Shown here piece by piece: positions 18,355-27,645 of a DNA stretch of 64,000 nt; position 1 is the stretch's first letter, and every line of letters begins with the position of its first letter. Below the pieces are notes generated by a model. That model saw only the letters and a program-made list of their open reading frames with translations, had not been told where the DNA came from and did not search any database. This DNA is from Minisyncoccota bacterium (GTDB lineage Bacteria; Patescibacteriota; Minisyncoccia; Phycocordibacterales; Phycocordibacteraceae): assembly GCA_035627595.1 (NCBI GenBank), contig DASPLK010000002.1:1824-65823 (forward strand), read 5' to 3'. A program made the position numbers and the translations under genes.

Positions 18355-19749
18355 ATGCGCTTCCTTCTAGTATTCCTGTCTGTTGCGATATTCGCACTTC
18401 CGCATATCGCAGAAGCAGGATCTTCTGACAATCTGTCGGGTTGGGCATGGTCATCCACCATCGGATGGGTAAGCTTCAACAGCACAACAGGAGGCGGCGC
18501 TAATTATGGCGTAACCGTGAGCGACAGTGGCCTCATGAGTGGATACGCATGGTCTCCAAACGTGGGCTGGATAACCTTCAACAGCAGCCAGCTTGGTGGT
18601 TGTCCTACTGCACCGTGCCAGGCAAACTTCAACAAGCAGACGGGCGCAGTAACCGGATGGGCACGCGCCCTCGCAGGTAACGGTTCGTCCGTCCAAACAG
18701 GTGGTTGGGGAGGCTGGATACAGCTTTCCGGTAGCTCGTACGGAGTATCGGCAACAGGCTGCCAATGGGATGGCTATGCATGGGGAGGAGGACAAAACCT
18801 TCAGAATGGCGTTATTGGCTGGCTTTCATTTAGTGGTTCGGGATACGGGGTGACGGGTACGGGAAGTGCGTGTGTCGCTTCGTCGGTAGACCTGACGGCA
18901 GGAGCCGTCACGCCAACAACCGCAACTGCTGGATCAGCGATAACTCTTCGCGCAAATGCTTCAAATATTGGTACTGCAGCATCGGGGAGCTTCCCGGTGC
19001 TGTTCCAAGTACTTGAAACGGGAGCACGCTTCAATAGCTCGTACTTGGCTGCCATTGCTGCTGGCGGCAGTAGAGAAGGCACCGCAAGCCATACTTTTAG
19101 CGATGAGGGCACGTATTCTGTCCGAGCCTGTGCGAACTACAACACCTCATGGGCCAATATCACGGCTGAAGGCAACTACGCAAACAATTGTGGACCGTGG
19201 ACAACAATTACGGTACAAGCCGCCTCCTCACCCGCACTTAGTTGTAGTGTCAGCAATACCAGTGTCAGTCCCGGACAAAGCGTGACATACAATGCAAATC
19301 CGTCGGGTGGTGCTACCGGCCCGTACAGCTGGAGCGCAGCTGATGGGGGAAGCTACGGCACTGCTGCCACTGTTACGCGTACGCTTACGGCTCCTGGCGT
19401 TTATGCGATGAATGTCGATGCGTCGAATACGGCTGTCTCTTACTGTCCAACCGTGTCAGTTAGCGCGTGCCCTGGATCACACACAGCCTCCATCGAGGCT
19501 GACAGGACCCGCGTCAGTTCCGGTTCTACCATTACGCTCAACTGGGAAGCTAGCGGCGTCGCTCGGAGCTGTGTGATAACAGGGCCTACAGGCACGCTCC
19601 ATACCGTAAATGCTACGAGCTGTAACATTCCTGACGGCACTATTACTGCGGCGGTCACGACCCAGAGCACCTTCACCATTTCCTGCGATAGCGGAGAGAT
19701 TACGGACTCCGTCATCGTAAACGTCATCCCTGAGTTCACAGAGTTCTAA
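18355..19749 (+). CDS. Secreted surface protein: GWAW-repeat head plus CARDB and Ig-like modules
   Basis: Signal peptide (AEA|G); repeated SG[WY]AWS...GW[IV].F; C-terminal ~290 aa homologous to 15266-17272. Confidence 0.82.
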   Translation: MRFLLVFLSVAIFALPHIAEAGSSDNLSGWAWSSTIGWVSFNSTTGGGANYGVTVSDSGLMSGYAWSPNVGWITFNSSQLGGCPTAPCQANFNKQTGAVTGWARALAGNGSSVQTGGWGGWIQLSGSSYGVSATGCQWDGYAWGGGQNLQNGVIGWLSFSGSGYGVTGTGSACVASSVDLTAGAVTPTTATAGSAITLRANASNIGTAASGSFPVLFQVLETGARFNSSYLAAIAAGGSREGTASHTFSDEGTYSVRACANYNTSWANITAEGNYANNCGPWTTITVQAASSPALSCSVSNTSVSPGQSVTYNANPSGGATGPYSWSAADGGSYGTAATVTRTLTAPGVYAMNVDASNTAVSYCPTVSVSACPGSHTASIEADRTRVSSGSTITLNWEASGVARSCVITGPTGTLHTVNATSCNIPDGTITAAVTTQSTFTISCDSGEITDSVIVNVIPEFTEF

Positions 19750-19761
19750 ACGTAGAAGGGT

Positions 19762-19795
19762 GAGGAAAACCCCGTGTTTGCACGGGGTTTTCCTC
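19762..19795 (+). terminator. Perfect 15-bp hairpin, terminator-like, overlapping the putative rpmE -35
   Basis: gaggaaaaccccgtg-tttg-cacggggttttcctc. Confidence 0.65.
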
Positions 19796-19814
19796 TATGG
19801 TACAGTTGCCGACG

Positions 19815-20063
19815 ATGAAGACAGACATCCATCCGGCAAACTACCGCCAGGTTATCTTCGAGGACATTGCCTCGGGGCAGTCTTTCCTTTTGGGCTCTAC
19901 TATCCGTACTACGGAGACGGGCACCTTTGAAGGCAAGGAGTACCCTAAGGTGATCGTCGAAATCTCGTCGAAGTCCCACCCGTTTTACACGGGCGAGGAC
20001 CGCACCCTCGATAAGACCGGTCGCGTTGAGCGCTTCAAGCAGCGCGCCGCAAAGCGTAAGTAA
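19815..20063 (+). CDS. rpmE: 50S ribosomal protein L31, type B (no Zn-binding Cys)
   Basis: MKTDIHP.NYR.VIFED...SHPFYTG...GRVERF. Confidence 0.95.
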   Translation: MKTDIHPANYRQVIFEDIASGQSFLLGSTIRTTETGTFEGKEYPKVIVEISSKSHPFYTGEDRTLDKTGRVERFKQRAAKRK

Positions 20064-20073
20064 CGACGCTTAC

Positions 20074-20106
20074 GAACGCCCGCCTCTACTAAGGAGGCGG
20101 GCGTTC
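20074..20106 (+). terminator. Hairpin after rpmE
   Basis: gaacgcccgcctc-tactaag-gaggcgggcgttc, a 13-bp stem with a weak U tail. Confidence 0.55.
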
Positions 20107-20123
20107 TGCGCTATCATAGACCT

Positions 20124-21077
20124 ATGGAATACTCTCCAGAATTTAAAAAGAATTTCTCGACTGCGTATCTTGCGGAAGAGTACGAGCGTCTTGTCGCTGA
20201 GGCAGAAGAGGCTGTTTTTGCTGCAGGTGGAGATGCTGAGCTTCTCCTAATGGCTGAGGAGGACGTTAAGCGAATTGAGGAGCGTAAGGGTGAAATATTG
20301 AAGGAGATAGAGCGCATACTCGACAAGGACAAGGAGGAGGCTGCAAAGCCTCACGCCATCGTACTTGAGTTTAGGGCTGGTGCTGGCGGGGACGAGGCGA
20401 CCCTGTTTGCAGGTGAGCTTAAGGAGATGTACACGCGGTATGCGGAAGGGAAGGGGTGGAAAACGCGTGTCATCGACGACCTCACTGTAGAGATCCAGGG
20501 CACTGACGCGTATGACGCGCTGCGCTACGAGACTGGTGTGCACCGTGTGCAGCGTGTCCCGCTTACCGAGAAGTCCGGCCGTATACATACCTCAACCGCG
20601 TCAGTTGCAGCGCTACCAATCCGCCAGAAGCCATCGGTGGAGATCAACCCTGCGGATATACATATGGAATTCACGCGCTCGGGAGGCGCCGGCGGCCAGA
20701 ACGTGAATAAGGTTGAGTCTGCAGTGCGACTCGTGCATATCCCAACAGGCGTAGACGTGCGCTCCTCAAGCGAGCGCAGCCAGCTAGCCAATCGCGAAAA
20801 GGCTATGCAGATCCTAACCGCGAAGCTCGAGGCACTCGCCATCGAGGAAGAGGCAAAGCGGCACTCAGACCTGCGTGCAGGCCAGATTGGCACAGGGGAT
20901 CGTTCTGAGAAGATCAGGACCTATAATTTCCTCCAGGACCGCATTACCGACCATCGTCTGAAGGAGTCTTGGCACAACCTGCCTAAGATCATGGCAGGCG
21001 GACTTGATGACATTGTTGAGACTCTGAAGCAGCGTGCAGCCGAGGGTGGGGTGGGACCGGCCGAGGAGGCCGACTAG
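20124..21077 (+). CDS. prfA: Peptide chain release factor 1 (short N-terminal domain)
   Basis: [17 protein letters not shown] (PxT, specific to RF1), GGQ and RSEKIRTYN motifs. Confidence 0.93.
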   Translation: MEYSPEFKKNFSTAYLAEEYERLVAEAEEAVFAAGGDAELLLMAEEDVKRIEERKGEILKEIERILDKDKEEAAKPHAIVLEFRAGAGGDEATLFAGELKEMYTRYAEGKGWKTRVIDDLTVEIQGTDAYDALRYETGVHRVQRVPLTEKSGRIHTSTASVAALPIRQKPSVEINPADIHMEFTRSGGAGGQNVNKVESAVRLVHIPTGVDVRSSSERSQLANREKAMQILTAKLEALAIEEEAKRHSDLRAGQIGTGDRSEKIRTYNFLQDRITDHRLKESWHNLPKIMAGGLDDIVETLKQRAAEGGVGPAEEAD

Positions 21078-21124
21078 CCCGGGAATTGCTTGTTTTATAG
21101 GCCCGTGATACCTTAATGAACAAT

Positions 21125-21826
21125 ATGACCATACCAGAAATGGCCGGTGTTGGTGTTGACCGTCTCTTTGCGACGGGCGCTCACTTTGCTCAGTTGAAGA
21201 GCCGCCGGCATCCTTCAATGAAGCCCTACATTATCGGCACGAAGTCTCGCGTCGAGATCTTCGATCTTAAGAAGACCGACGAGCAGCTAGCAGCTGCTAA
21301 GGCCGCCATTGCCGCTCTTGCGCGCGATGGTAAGACCGTCCTCTTCGTAGGTGGCAAGCGCGAGGTCTCCGATATTCTTCGCGATACCGCCCGCCGCATC
21401 GGCGCACCATATGTTGCCGGCCGTTGGCTTGGAGGAACTATCTCCAACTTCACTGAAATCAAGAAGCGTATCGATCGCCTTGCTGATCTCTCGCAGAAGC
21501 GCGATGCAGGTGAGCTCACGAAGCTCTACACCAAGCTTGAGCGTATCTATATTGATCGCGAGATCGAGCGCCTCTCTGAGCGTCTTGAGGGCATCCGCGA
21601 CCTTTCCAAGCGTCCTGACGCCATGGTCATCGTTGATACGCGCCATGAGGCACACGCAACCAAGGAGGCACGGGAGGCTGGCATCCCAGTCATCGGTGTC
21701 ATGAGCTCTGACTGCAACATCAAGGATGCTGCGTATCCGATCGCAGGTAACGATTCCTCCCGCGAGACCGTTACCCTTATCCTCAACGAGCTCGCTGCTG
21801 CATACGAGCAGGGCCGCAAAGGCTAG
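21125..21826 (+). CDS. rpsB: 30S ribosomal protein S2
   Basis: GAHF...HPSMKPYI, LFVGGK, RWLGGTISNF and GND motifs. Start 21125 is preferred because TTGCTT-17-TACCTT ends at 21114; 21116 is the alternative. Confidence 0.93.
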   Translation: MTIPEMAGVGVDRLFATGAHFAQLKSRRHPSMKPYIIGTKSRVEIFDLKKTDEQLAAAKAAIAALARDGKTVLFVGGKREVSDILRDTARRIGAPYVAGRWLGGTISNFTEIKKRIDRLADLSQKRDAGELTKLYTKLERIYIDREIERLSERLEGIRDLSKRPDAMVIVDTRHEAHATKEAREAGIPVIGVMSSDCNIKDAAYPIAGNDSSRETVTLILNELAAAYEQGRKG

Positions 21827-21880
21827 AGTAAAGCCGCATTGCGGCTTCGCTCGTTTATCTATTTAGATCTACCTGTACCT

Positions 21881-22462
21881 ATGGAAATCACGACCGAAAC
21901 ACTGAAGATGCTTCGCGACAAGACGGGCGTCTCTGTTATGCAGTGCAAGAAGGCGCTTGAGGAGGCAAATGGCGATGTTGATCAGGCCGAAGTAATCCTC
22001 AGGAAGCGTTCTGGTGCTGCTGCTGATAAGAAGGCTGACCGTGAGCTTGGCGCGGGCGCGGTTGCGACCTACGTACACGGCGGCGAGATTGGCGCAATGG
22101 TGCTCCTTTCTTGCGAAACTGACTTCGTCGCTCGCAACGAGGAATTTCCGCAGCTTGCCCGCGAGATCGCTATGCAGGTAGCAGCATCGAACCCGACGTA
22201 CCTATCCGAGACTGAGATCAGCGAGGAAGCAAGGAACGCAGCCATGGCGGTCTTTAAGGAGGAGGTGAAAGATAAGTCTGAGGACATGCAGGAGAAGATT
22301 CTTGAGGGCAAAATGAAGAGCTACTTCAAGGACCAGGTTCTTCTAGAGCAGGCATACATCAAGGACGATTCCAAGACCGTTCGCGACCTCATCACCGAGG
22401 CTTCGCAGAAGTTCGGCGAGCGCGTCGAGATCAGCAAGTTTGCGCGCTTTAGCGCCCGCTAG
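21881..22462 (+). CDS. tsf: Elongation factor Ts (short form)
   Basis: LRDKTG.SVMQCKKAL, CETDFVA and LLEQ.YIKD motifs; follows rpsB. Confidence 0.95.
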   Translation: MEITTETLKMLRDKTGVSVMQCKKALEEANGDVDQAEVILRKRSGAAADKKADRELGAGAVATYVHGGEIGAMVLLSCETDFVARNEEFPQLAREIAMQVAASNPTYLSETEISEEARNAAMAVFKEEVKDKSEDMQEKILEGKMKSYFKDQVLLEQAYIKDDSKTVRDLITEASQKFGERVEISKFARFSAR

Positions 22463-22468
22463 CCGCCT

Positions 22469-22873
22469 ATGGCGTACCTGATCGCCATAGCCATCTCATT
22501 CCTACTCCTTGGCGGTTTCCTCGCGCTCACGCGCTTTGAGACTGGACGGGGCGTACGGTTCTTTGGAAGCATTCGTACTCGCTTTGATACAGGCGTCGAG
22601 CGTACGAGCTTCATCATCCGCCATGTTGATTGGAGTGCCGTGCTTGCGACACTTGTACGTACCGCTGCAGCGCGTATCGTGCATGACATCGCGCACGCGT
22701 CCCTGATAGCCGTGCGTATCATTGAGCGCCTTCTTACGCGCGTGGTAAAGTACCTGCGCTCAAGTCGTCAGCAGGCGGCCGCGACAAGCGACAGGAAGAA
22801 GTTCGACTTGCGTGCGTCCTTGGCGCAATTGCGTCAAACCCTGAAGAAGGCAAAAGAAGAGGCAGAGGTGTGA
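22469..22873 (+). CDS. Hypothetical membrane protein
   Basis: N-terminal TM helix with a basic amphipathic remainder; codon usage resembles the native genes. Confidence 0.65.
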   Translation: MAYLIAIAISFLLLGGFLALTRFETGRGVRFFGSIRTRFDTGVERTSFIIRHVDWSAVLATLVRTAAARIVHDIAHASLIAVRIIERLLTRVVKYLRSSRQQAAATSDRKKFDLRASLAQLRQTLKKAKEEAEV

Positions 22874-22888
22874 TACAGTGCGTTGTGC

Positions 22889-22965
22889 GCCAGCGTAGCT
22901 CAGTTGGTTAGAGCAGCTGTTTTGTAAACAGCAGGTCGTCGGTTCGAACCCGACCGCTGGCTCCA
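22889..22965 (+). tRNA. trnT: tRNA-Thr (UGU), CCA encoded
   Basis: GCCAGCG/CGCTGGC acceptor stem; D arm GCTC/GAGC; anticodon arm gctgt-tt-TGT-aa-acagc; GGTTCGAACC T arm; 3' TCCA. Confidence 0.97.
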
Positions 22966-22970
22966 AACGA

Positions 22971-22994
22971 AAACGGCCCCATATGGGGCCGTTT
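22971..22994. terminator. Bidirectional terminator after tRNA-Thr
   Basis: aaacggcccc-atat-ggggccgttt. Confidence 0.75.
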
Positions 22995-22997
22995 CGC

Positions 22998-23681
22998 TTA
23001 TCGCTTTGAGGTTGTTGTGGCAGTCGATGTCGCCATCTCAAAGAGACGCTTGGGGAACTTCGGTTCAAACTCCTCGACTGAGGTGAATCCATTCACGCGC
23101 TTGCCGTCGATGACGAAAGCCGGGAAAGGAGCCTTTATCTTTTCGACAGCAATGAGAGTGGAGAGGGCGCCAAGATCAAGGTTGTAGTCGAAGGAGTAGA
23201 CGCGAAGTGACGGGTACGTTTCGCGCAGGTACGAGAGCGCAGCACCGGCCCTATCACAATCCGGACAATCACCCTCATTGGAGTAGAAGTAGAGGACCAC
23301 GACTGGCTCGAGATCACAGGCCTCTGCAAGGCGCTTGGTGAGGAGGTAATCGCGGATCTGCAGAAGGGTGTACTGCTTCTTCAATTGCAGCACCTGCGCA
23401 TCGTCGCTACCGAGCCGCTCCTCGGTCACGGCGACCTTGTCGCCTAAGGTCGATACCTCACGTGAGAGTACGTTGCCCTCGGTGAGGTTCTCACACGACG
23501 CTTCTTCAAGGAGCGAGAACTGGGTCTCTATGGAAAGGGTGTCGGTTGCGAGCTGGTTTTGGATAGCTGCAAGGTCGGCAGCACGCTCACGGTTCAAGCG
23601 ATCAATAAGGTAGGCGATCGAACCGATGATGGCGATTGTGATAATGAGTGCGAGAAGCGCGTTACGGGTGAGTAGATTCAT
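22998..23681 (-). CDS. Membrane-anchored protein with a coiled coil and a thioredoxin-like CxxC domain
   Basis: N-terminal TM helix; VLYFYS...CPDC; VYSFD; cis-Pro-like FPAFVIDG. Confidence 0.75.
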   Translation of the reverse strand: MNLLTRNALLALIITIAIIGSIAYLIDRLNRERAADLAAIQNQLATDTLSIETQFSLLEEASCENLTEGNVLSREVSTLGDKVAVTEERLGSDDAQVLQLKKQYTLLQIRDYLLTKRLAEACDLEPVVVLYFYSNEGDCPDCDRAGAALSYLRETYPSLRVYSFDYNLDLGALSTLIAVEKIKAPFPAFVIDGKRVNGFTSVEEFEPKFPKRLFEMATSTATTTSKR

Positions 23682-23697
23682 ACAGAAAGGTTACTAA

Positions 23698-24933
23698 TTA
23701 GCGCCACGGCCGGCGGGTGCCAGTCGCAACATCAGCGATTGACCGGATGAGCCAGAACGGCGCGATAAGGCCGTATAGGAAGATCCAGCCGAGGACGCCT
23801 AATGAAAGCTTAGCAGGGGTCTTAGAAATGTGCTTGCCCATGATAATGAACATCACAGAGCCTAGGGCGGCGACCATGGCGAGCGTCACGAATACCGTAA
23901 CGGGGAAGTAAAAGAGGTCAAAACTGAAGCGCGGCGTGAGGAGATAGGAGAGCGGGAGGCCGTGCGTGGTGCTGTAGGTCTGGATAGAATCGGAAATGAA
24001 CTGGTAGACGACGATAAAGGTCATCATGATACCGCCAACGATTGCGAAGAAGCCCAGAGGAAGCACGATAAGGCCGAGAACGCCAAATGCAGGATTGCCG
24101 ACCATGTCGCGGTAGTCATAAAGAACGTTTCGGAGGAATCCAGTCGTCCAGCGGACACGCTGCTTAATTAGGGACGGCACGCTCTTAGGGCTCTGTGCAT
24201 ATACGCGCGCCTTATAGGCGTTCTCGATCCAATAGCCGTTGCGCTGAAGGCGAAGTGCCATTTCCATGTCCTCTGCGTTATGGCCATTTCTAAAGCCGCC
24301 CACTTCCTCCACGATACTCCTGCGGTAGAGAGAGAACGGGCCCGGAGTCACATAGATGCCGTTTACGGACGCGAGTATGTGGCGAAGTGCGATGCCGAGG
24401 ATATACTCCACATTCTGCATTGCTTCTATAAGTGTTTTTGGCTGATGGACTGACATGGCGACCGTCACAGCACCCACCTTCGGTTCTTCGAAATAGGGGA
24501 CAGTCTCTTTTAGTGCATTTGGCTCTACGAACGAGTCGGCGTCCATGCAGCCGACAATCTCTGCATCCGTTATCGCGATGCCCGCATTAAGGGCTGTGTG
24601 CTTGCCGCCATTCTCCTTATGCACAATGGTGACTCGCGGATTGCCCTTGAACGCTTCAAGCTCCTTGGCAGAGTTATCGGTCGACCCGTCATCTACGACG
24701 ACGATAGAAAGTTTGTCCTTAGGGTAATCAAGCGCAAGTAGGGAGTCGACACTGCCACGGATGGTACGCTCCTCGTTCCAGCAGGGAACAATGAGGGCGA
24801 CCGTGGGGGTCGCGTCAGAGAAAACACGGTTGCGGCTTGCGCGCGCTGGACCAGAAAGGAAGGTCAGCAGCAAAAAGACCTCGAAATAGATGGCCGCAAA
24901 AAGGAAGGGATACGAGATTAGCTCGAAATACAT
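23698..24933 (-). CDS. Processive GT2 glycosyltransferase (PgaC/IcaA/cellulose synthase-like)
   Basis: VPCWNEE, VDDGSTD, DADS, AED and QRVRW (D,D,D,QxxRW) motifs; flanking TM helices. Confidence 0.9.
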   Translation of the reverse strand: MYFELISYPFLFAAIYFEVFLLLTFLSGPARASRNRVFSDATPTVALIVPCWNEERTIRGSVDSLLALDYPKDKLSIVVVDDGSTDNSAKELEAFKGNPRVTIVHKENGGKHTALNAGIAITDAEIVGCMDADSFVEPNALKETVPYFEEPKVGAVTVAMSVHQPKTLIEAMQNVEYILGIALRHILASVNGIYVTPGPFSLYRRSIVEEVGGFRNGHNAEDMEMALRLQRNGYWIENAYKARVYAQSPKSVPSLIKQRVRWTTGFLRNVLYDYRDMVGNPAFGVLGLIVLPLGFFAIVGGIMMTFIVVYQFISDSIQTYSTTHGLPLSYLLTPRFSFDLFYFPVTVFVTLAMVAALGSVMFIIMGKHISKTPAKLSLGVLGWIFLYGLIAPFWLIRSIADVATGTRRPWR

Positions 24934-25024
24934 AAATGGGCCCGGATGTACCTGAAAGCCTAGCAAATATAGGTCCCTTTTCCTAGTTCGTACATGAAGT
25001 GTTTCCGGGTATACTCAAATGAAC

Positions 25025-25756
25025 ATGGAAGAAGGTCGCCTGCATCCTATAACGGTCGCCATCCGCGAAATGGCGGAGATATTCGGCCGCATGGGCTTCT
25101 CGGTAGCCCAGGGTCCCGAACTCGAGACCGAGCACTACAACTTCAATGCACTTAACATTCCCGCAGACCATCCTGCGCGCGATATGCAGGACACCTTCTG
25201 GACCACGGAGGAGCCGCGACGCGTGCCGCGCACGCAGACCTCACCGATGCAGGTCCGGTATATGGAAGCGCAAGTAGCAAAGGGCATCTTGCCGCCGTAT
25301 CGCATCATCGTTCCCGGCAAGGTGTTCCGAAACGAAGCGACCGACGCGACGCATGAGGCGCAGTTCTATCAGAATGAGGGACTCGCAATAGGAGAGGACG
25401 TATCGCTCGCGAACCTGAAGGGAACGCTCGATACCTTCTTCAAGGAATACCTGGGCGAGGGGTCGCGCGTGCGTTTCCGTCCGAGCTACTTCCCGTTCGT
25501 GGAGCCCGGCGTCGAGGTAGACGTATGGTTCGAACCGGAAGGGAAGGAAGGACGATGGCTCGAGGTCATGGGCGCGGGTATGGTGCATCCAACCGTAATA
25601 AAGAATGCAGGACTCGATCCTGAGAAGTATCAGGGCTTCGCGTTTGGTGGCGGCATCGAGCGACTCATCATGGTGAAGTATGGCGTGCCTGACGTGCGGC
25701 TCTTCCATGGAGGCGATGTGCGATTCGTGCATGGGTTCGCTGAATCAGAAGTATGA
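25025..25756 (+). CDS. pheS: Phenylalanine-tRNA ligase alpha subunit, catalytic core only
   Basis: HP...NF.ALN.P..HPARDMQDTF, FRNE..DATH, FRPSYFPF.EP and GFAFG.G.ER motifs. Confidence 0.95.
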   Translation: MEEGRLHPITVAIREMAEIFGRMGFSVAQGPELETEHYNFNALNIPADHPARDMQDTFWTTEEPRRVPRTQTSPMQVRYMEAQVAKGILPPYRIIVPGKVFRNEATDATHEAQFYQNEGLAIGEDVSLANLKGTLDTFFKEYLGEGSRVRFRPSYFPFVEPGVEVDVWFEPEGKEGRWLEVMGAGMVHPTVIKNAGLDPEKYQGFAFGGGIERLIMVKYGVPDVRLFHGGDVRFVHGFAESEV

Positions 25757-27645
25757 GGATTTCCCGCACCTGGTTACAGAAGTACTTTGATACAGAGCTC
25801 CCGAGCGCTGAAGTCATTGCTGATGCGTTGACCTTCCACGCGTTTGAGATAGAGGAGGTAGATGGTGAGGTGCTCGATATCAAGGTGCTTCCCGATAGGG
25901 CTGCGTATGCGCTTTCGCACCGCGGCATCGCGACCGAGGTTGCAGCGAACTTGAAGATCCCGCTCGTGCGCGATCCGCTACGCGAGGCGCTCCCGACATG
26001 GACTCCAGCAGATGAGCTTGTTCTTACAAGAGGCGTTGAGGATAAGGTGAACCGTAAAATGGGTGCGCTCGTGCGTGGCGTAAGGGTAGGTCCGTCCCCT
26101 TCGTGGCTTAAGGAAGCGCTCGAATCAGTCGGAGCGCGTTCAATAAATAATGTCGTCGATGCAACTAACTACGTGACCCTAAACATGGGGCAGCCCTTGC
26201 ATGCGTTTGATGCAAAAAAGATCACGTGGCATGACAGCAAGCTCCATATCACCGTTCGTGGTGCCGCTGCAGGTGAGAAGATAACCGTGCTTACCGGCGA
26301 GACGTACACGCTTCCAGAAGGAGCGCTCGTCATCGCGGAAGCGGTCGAGGGTACGGCGCTCGATATCGCTGGCATCAAGGGCGGGGCAGCGTCAGCGATA
26401 ACGGAAGATACGACCGATCTGTTCGTCTCGGTCGCGAACTTTGACGGCCCTTCGGTCAGGAAAACGGCACAGGCATTGAACCTCTTCACTGATGCTTCGC
26501 TCAGGTTCCAGAATAAGATTTCCCCGGAGCTTGCTGCCTATGGCATGCGCGACGTATTGGCGCTCATACAGGAGGTTGCTGGGGGAGAGGTTGTTGGTGT
26601 GAATGATGTATACGGAGGAGGCACTGCGCCGGTGGTGGTCTCGGTATCCCTCGATCGTGTGAACCGACTTCTCGGGACCGCGCTCTCTTCGGACGACATC
26701 GAGAGCGCACTTGCCCGGCTCGGTCTTTCGTTTGTGGCTGAGGGCAATGTCTATACGGTGACGCCTTCATTCGAACGCCGTGACCTCGTCATCGATGCAG
26801 ACCTTATAGAAGAGATAGGACGTATCATTGGGTACGACGCCATTGCGAGTGCACAGCTTTCACCGATAGCGCGCCCGCTCGAGAGCGCGCGCTATGCGGG
26901 TGTGGAACGCATCAGGGATTTGCTCCGCATGCGCGGCTATACAGAGATCTCGACCCAGAGCTTCGCATCCACGGGAGATATTATGCTTGCTAATCCTCTT
27001 GATGTATCTAAGCCCGCGCTCCGTACGGCTCTATCAGAAAACATGCAGGCCGCCCTTGCACGCGCCGTCCAGTTGGCGCCCCGCGTGCTCGGACCCTCAA
27101 TACCTGTACGGCTTTTTGAAATAGGATCAGTATTCCCAAAGGACGGGGAGCATCTTTCACTCGTTATCGGATACGCCGCTACGGCAGGGAAAACTAAGGA
27201 GGAACACCTAAGTGAAATTCTGGACGCACTTAATGACGAGCTTGGGCTTGCTGGGCCAGTGGCACGCACATCCGAATCGGTGGCAGAGCTCTCGCTTCGC
27301 GCGGTCGATCTCGAGTCACTCGGAAGGGATTACGCGCCGCTACCGTTCTCGCTCGGTACATTTCGCATGTACTCCATCTATCCGTTTGCGCTTCGCGATA
27401 TTGCGGTCTGGACCCCTGAAGGCACAGCAGAGTCCGAGGTCGCAAACCAGATATTGAAGGAGGCGGGTGATAACCTCGTGCGCATCGATCTATTTGATCG
27501 CTTCGAAAAGGACAGCCGCATTTCCTACGCGTTCCGTCTCGTATTTGAAAGCAAGGAACGCACGCTTTCAGACGCTGATCTTGATCCTGCCATGGCGCGT
27601 GTTACTCAGGCGCTCAATTCCCAAGAGGGCTGGACCGTACGCTAA
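25753..27645 (+). CDS. pheT: Phenylalanine-tRNA ligase beta subunit (shortened)
   Basis: MRIS..WL, INNVVDATNYV....GQPLHAFD, R.DL...DLIEEIGRI.GY and a C-terminal RDIA...LFD.F FDX-ACB domain. Confidence 0.93.
   Translation: MRISRTWLQKYFDTELPSAEVIADALTFHAFEIEEVDGEVLDIKVLPDRAAYALSHRGIATEVAANLKIPLVRDPLREALPTWTPADELVLTRGVEDKVNRKMGALVRGVRVGPSPSWLKEALESVGARSINNVVDATNYVTLNMGQPLHAFDAKKITWHDSKLHITVRGAAAGEKITVLTGETYTLPEGALVIAEAVEGTALDIAGIKGGAASAITEDTTDLFVSVANFDGPSVRKTAQALNLFTDASLRFQNKISPELAAYGMRDVLALIQEVAGGEVVGVNDVYGGGTAPVVVSVSLDRVNRLLGTALSSDDIESALARLGLSFVAEGNVYTVTPSFERRDLVIDADLIEEIGRIIGYDAIASAQLSPIARPLESARYAGVERIRDLLRMRGYTEISTQSFASTGDIMLANPLDVSKPALRTALSENMQAALARAVQLAPRVLGPSIPVRLFEIGSVFPKDGEHLSLVIGYAATAGKTKEEHLSEILDALNDELGLAGPVARTSESVAELSLRAVDLESLGRDYAPLPFSLGTFRMYSIYPFALRDIAVWTPEGTAESEVANQILKEAGDNLVRIDLFDRFEKDSRISYAFRLVFESKERTLSDADLDPAMARVTQALNSQEGWTVR

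Noticed and set aside
20124-21077. Alternative genetic code (UGA=Gly) as in some CPR lineages
   Set aside because: Core genes are intact under code 11, and TGA serves as a stop (pheS, dnaE).
22889-24966. Genomic island integrated at tRNA-Thr
   Set aside because: No integrase and no duplicated tRNA 3' end were seen; the neighbours look native.
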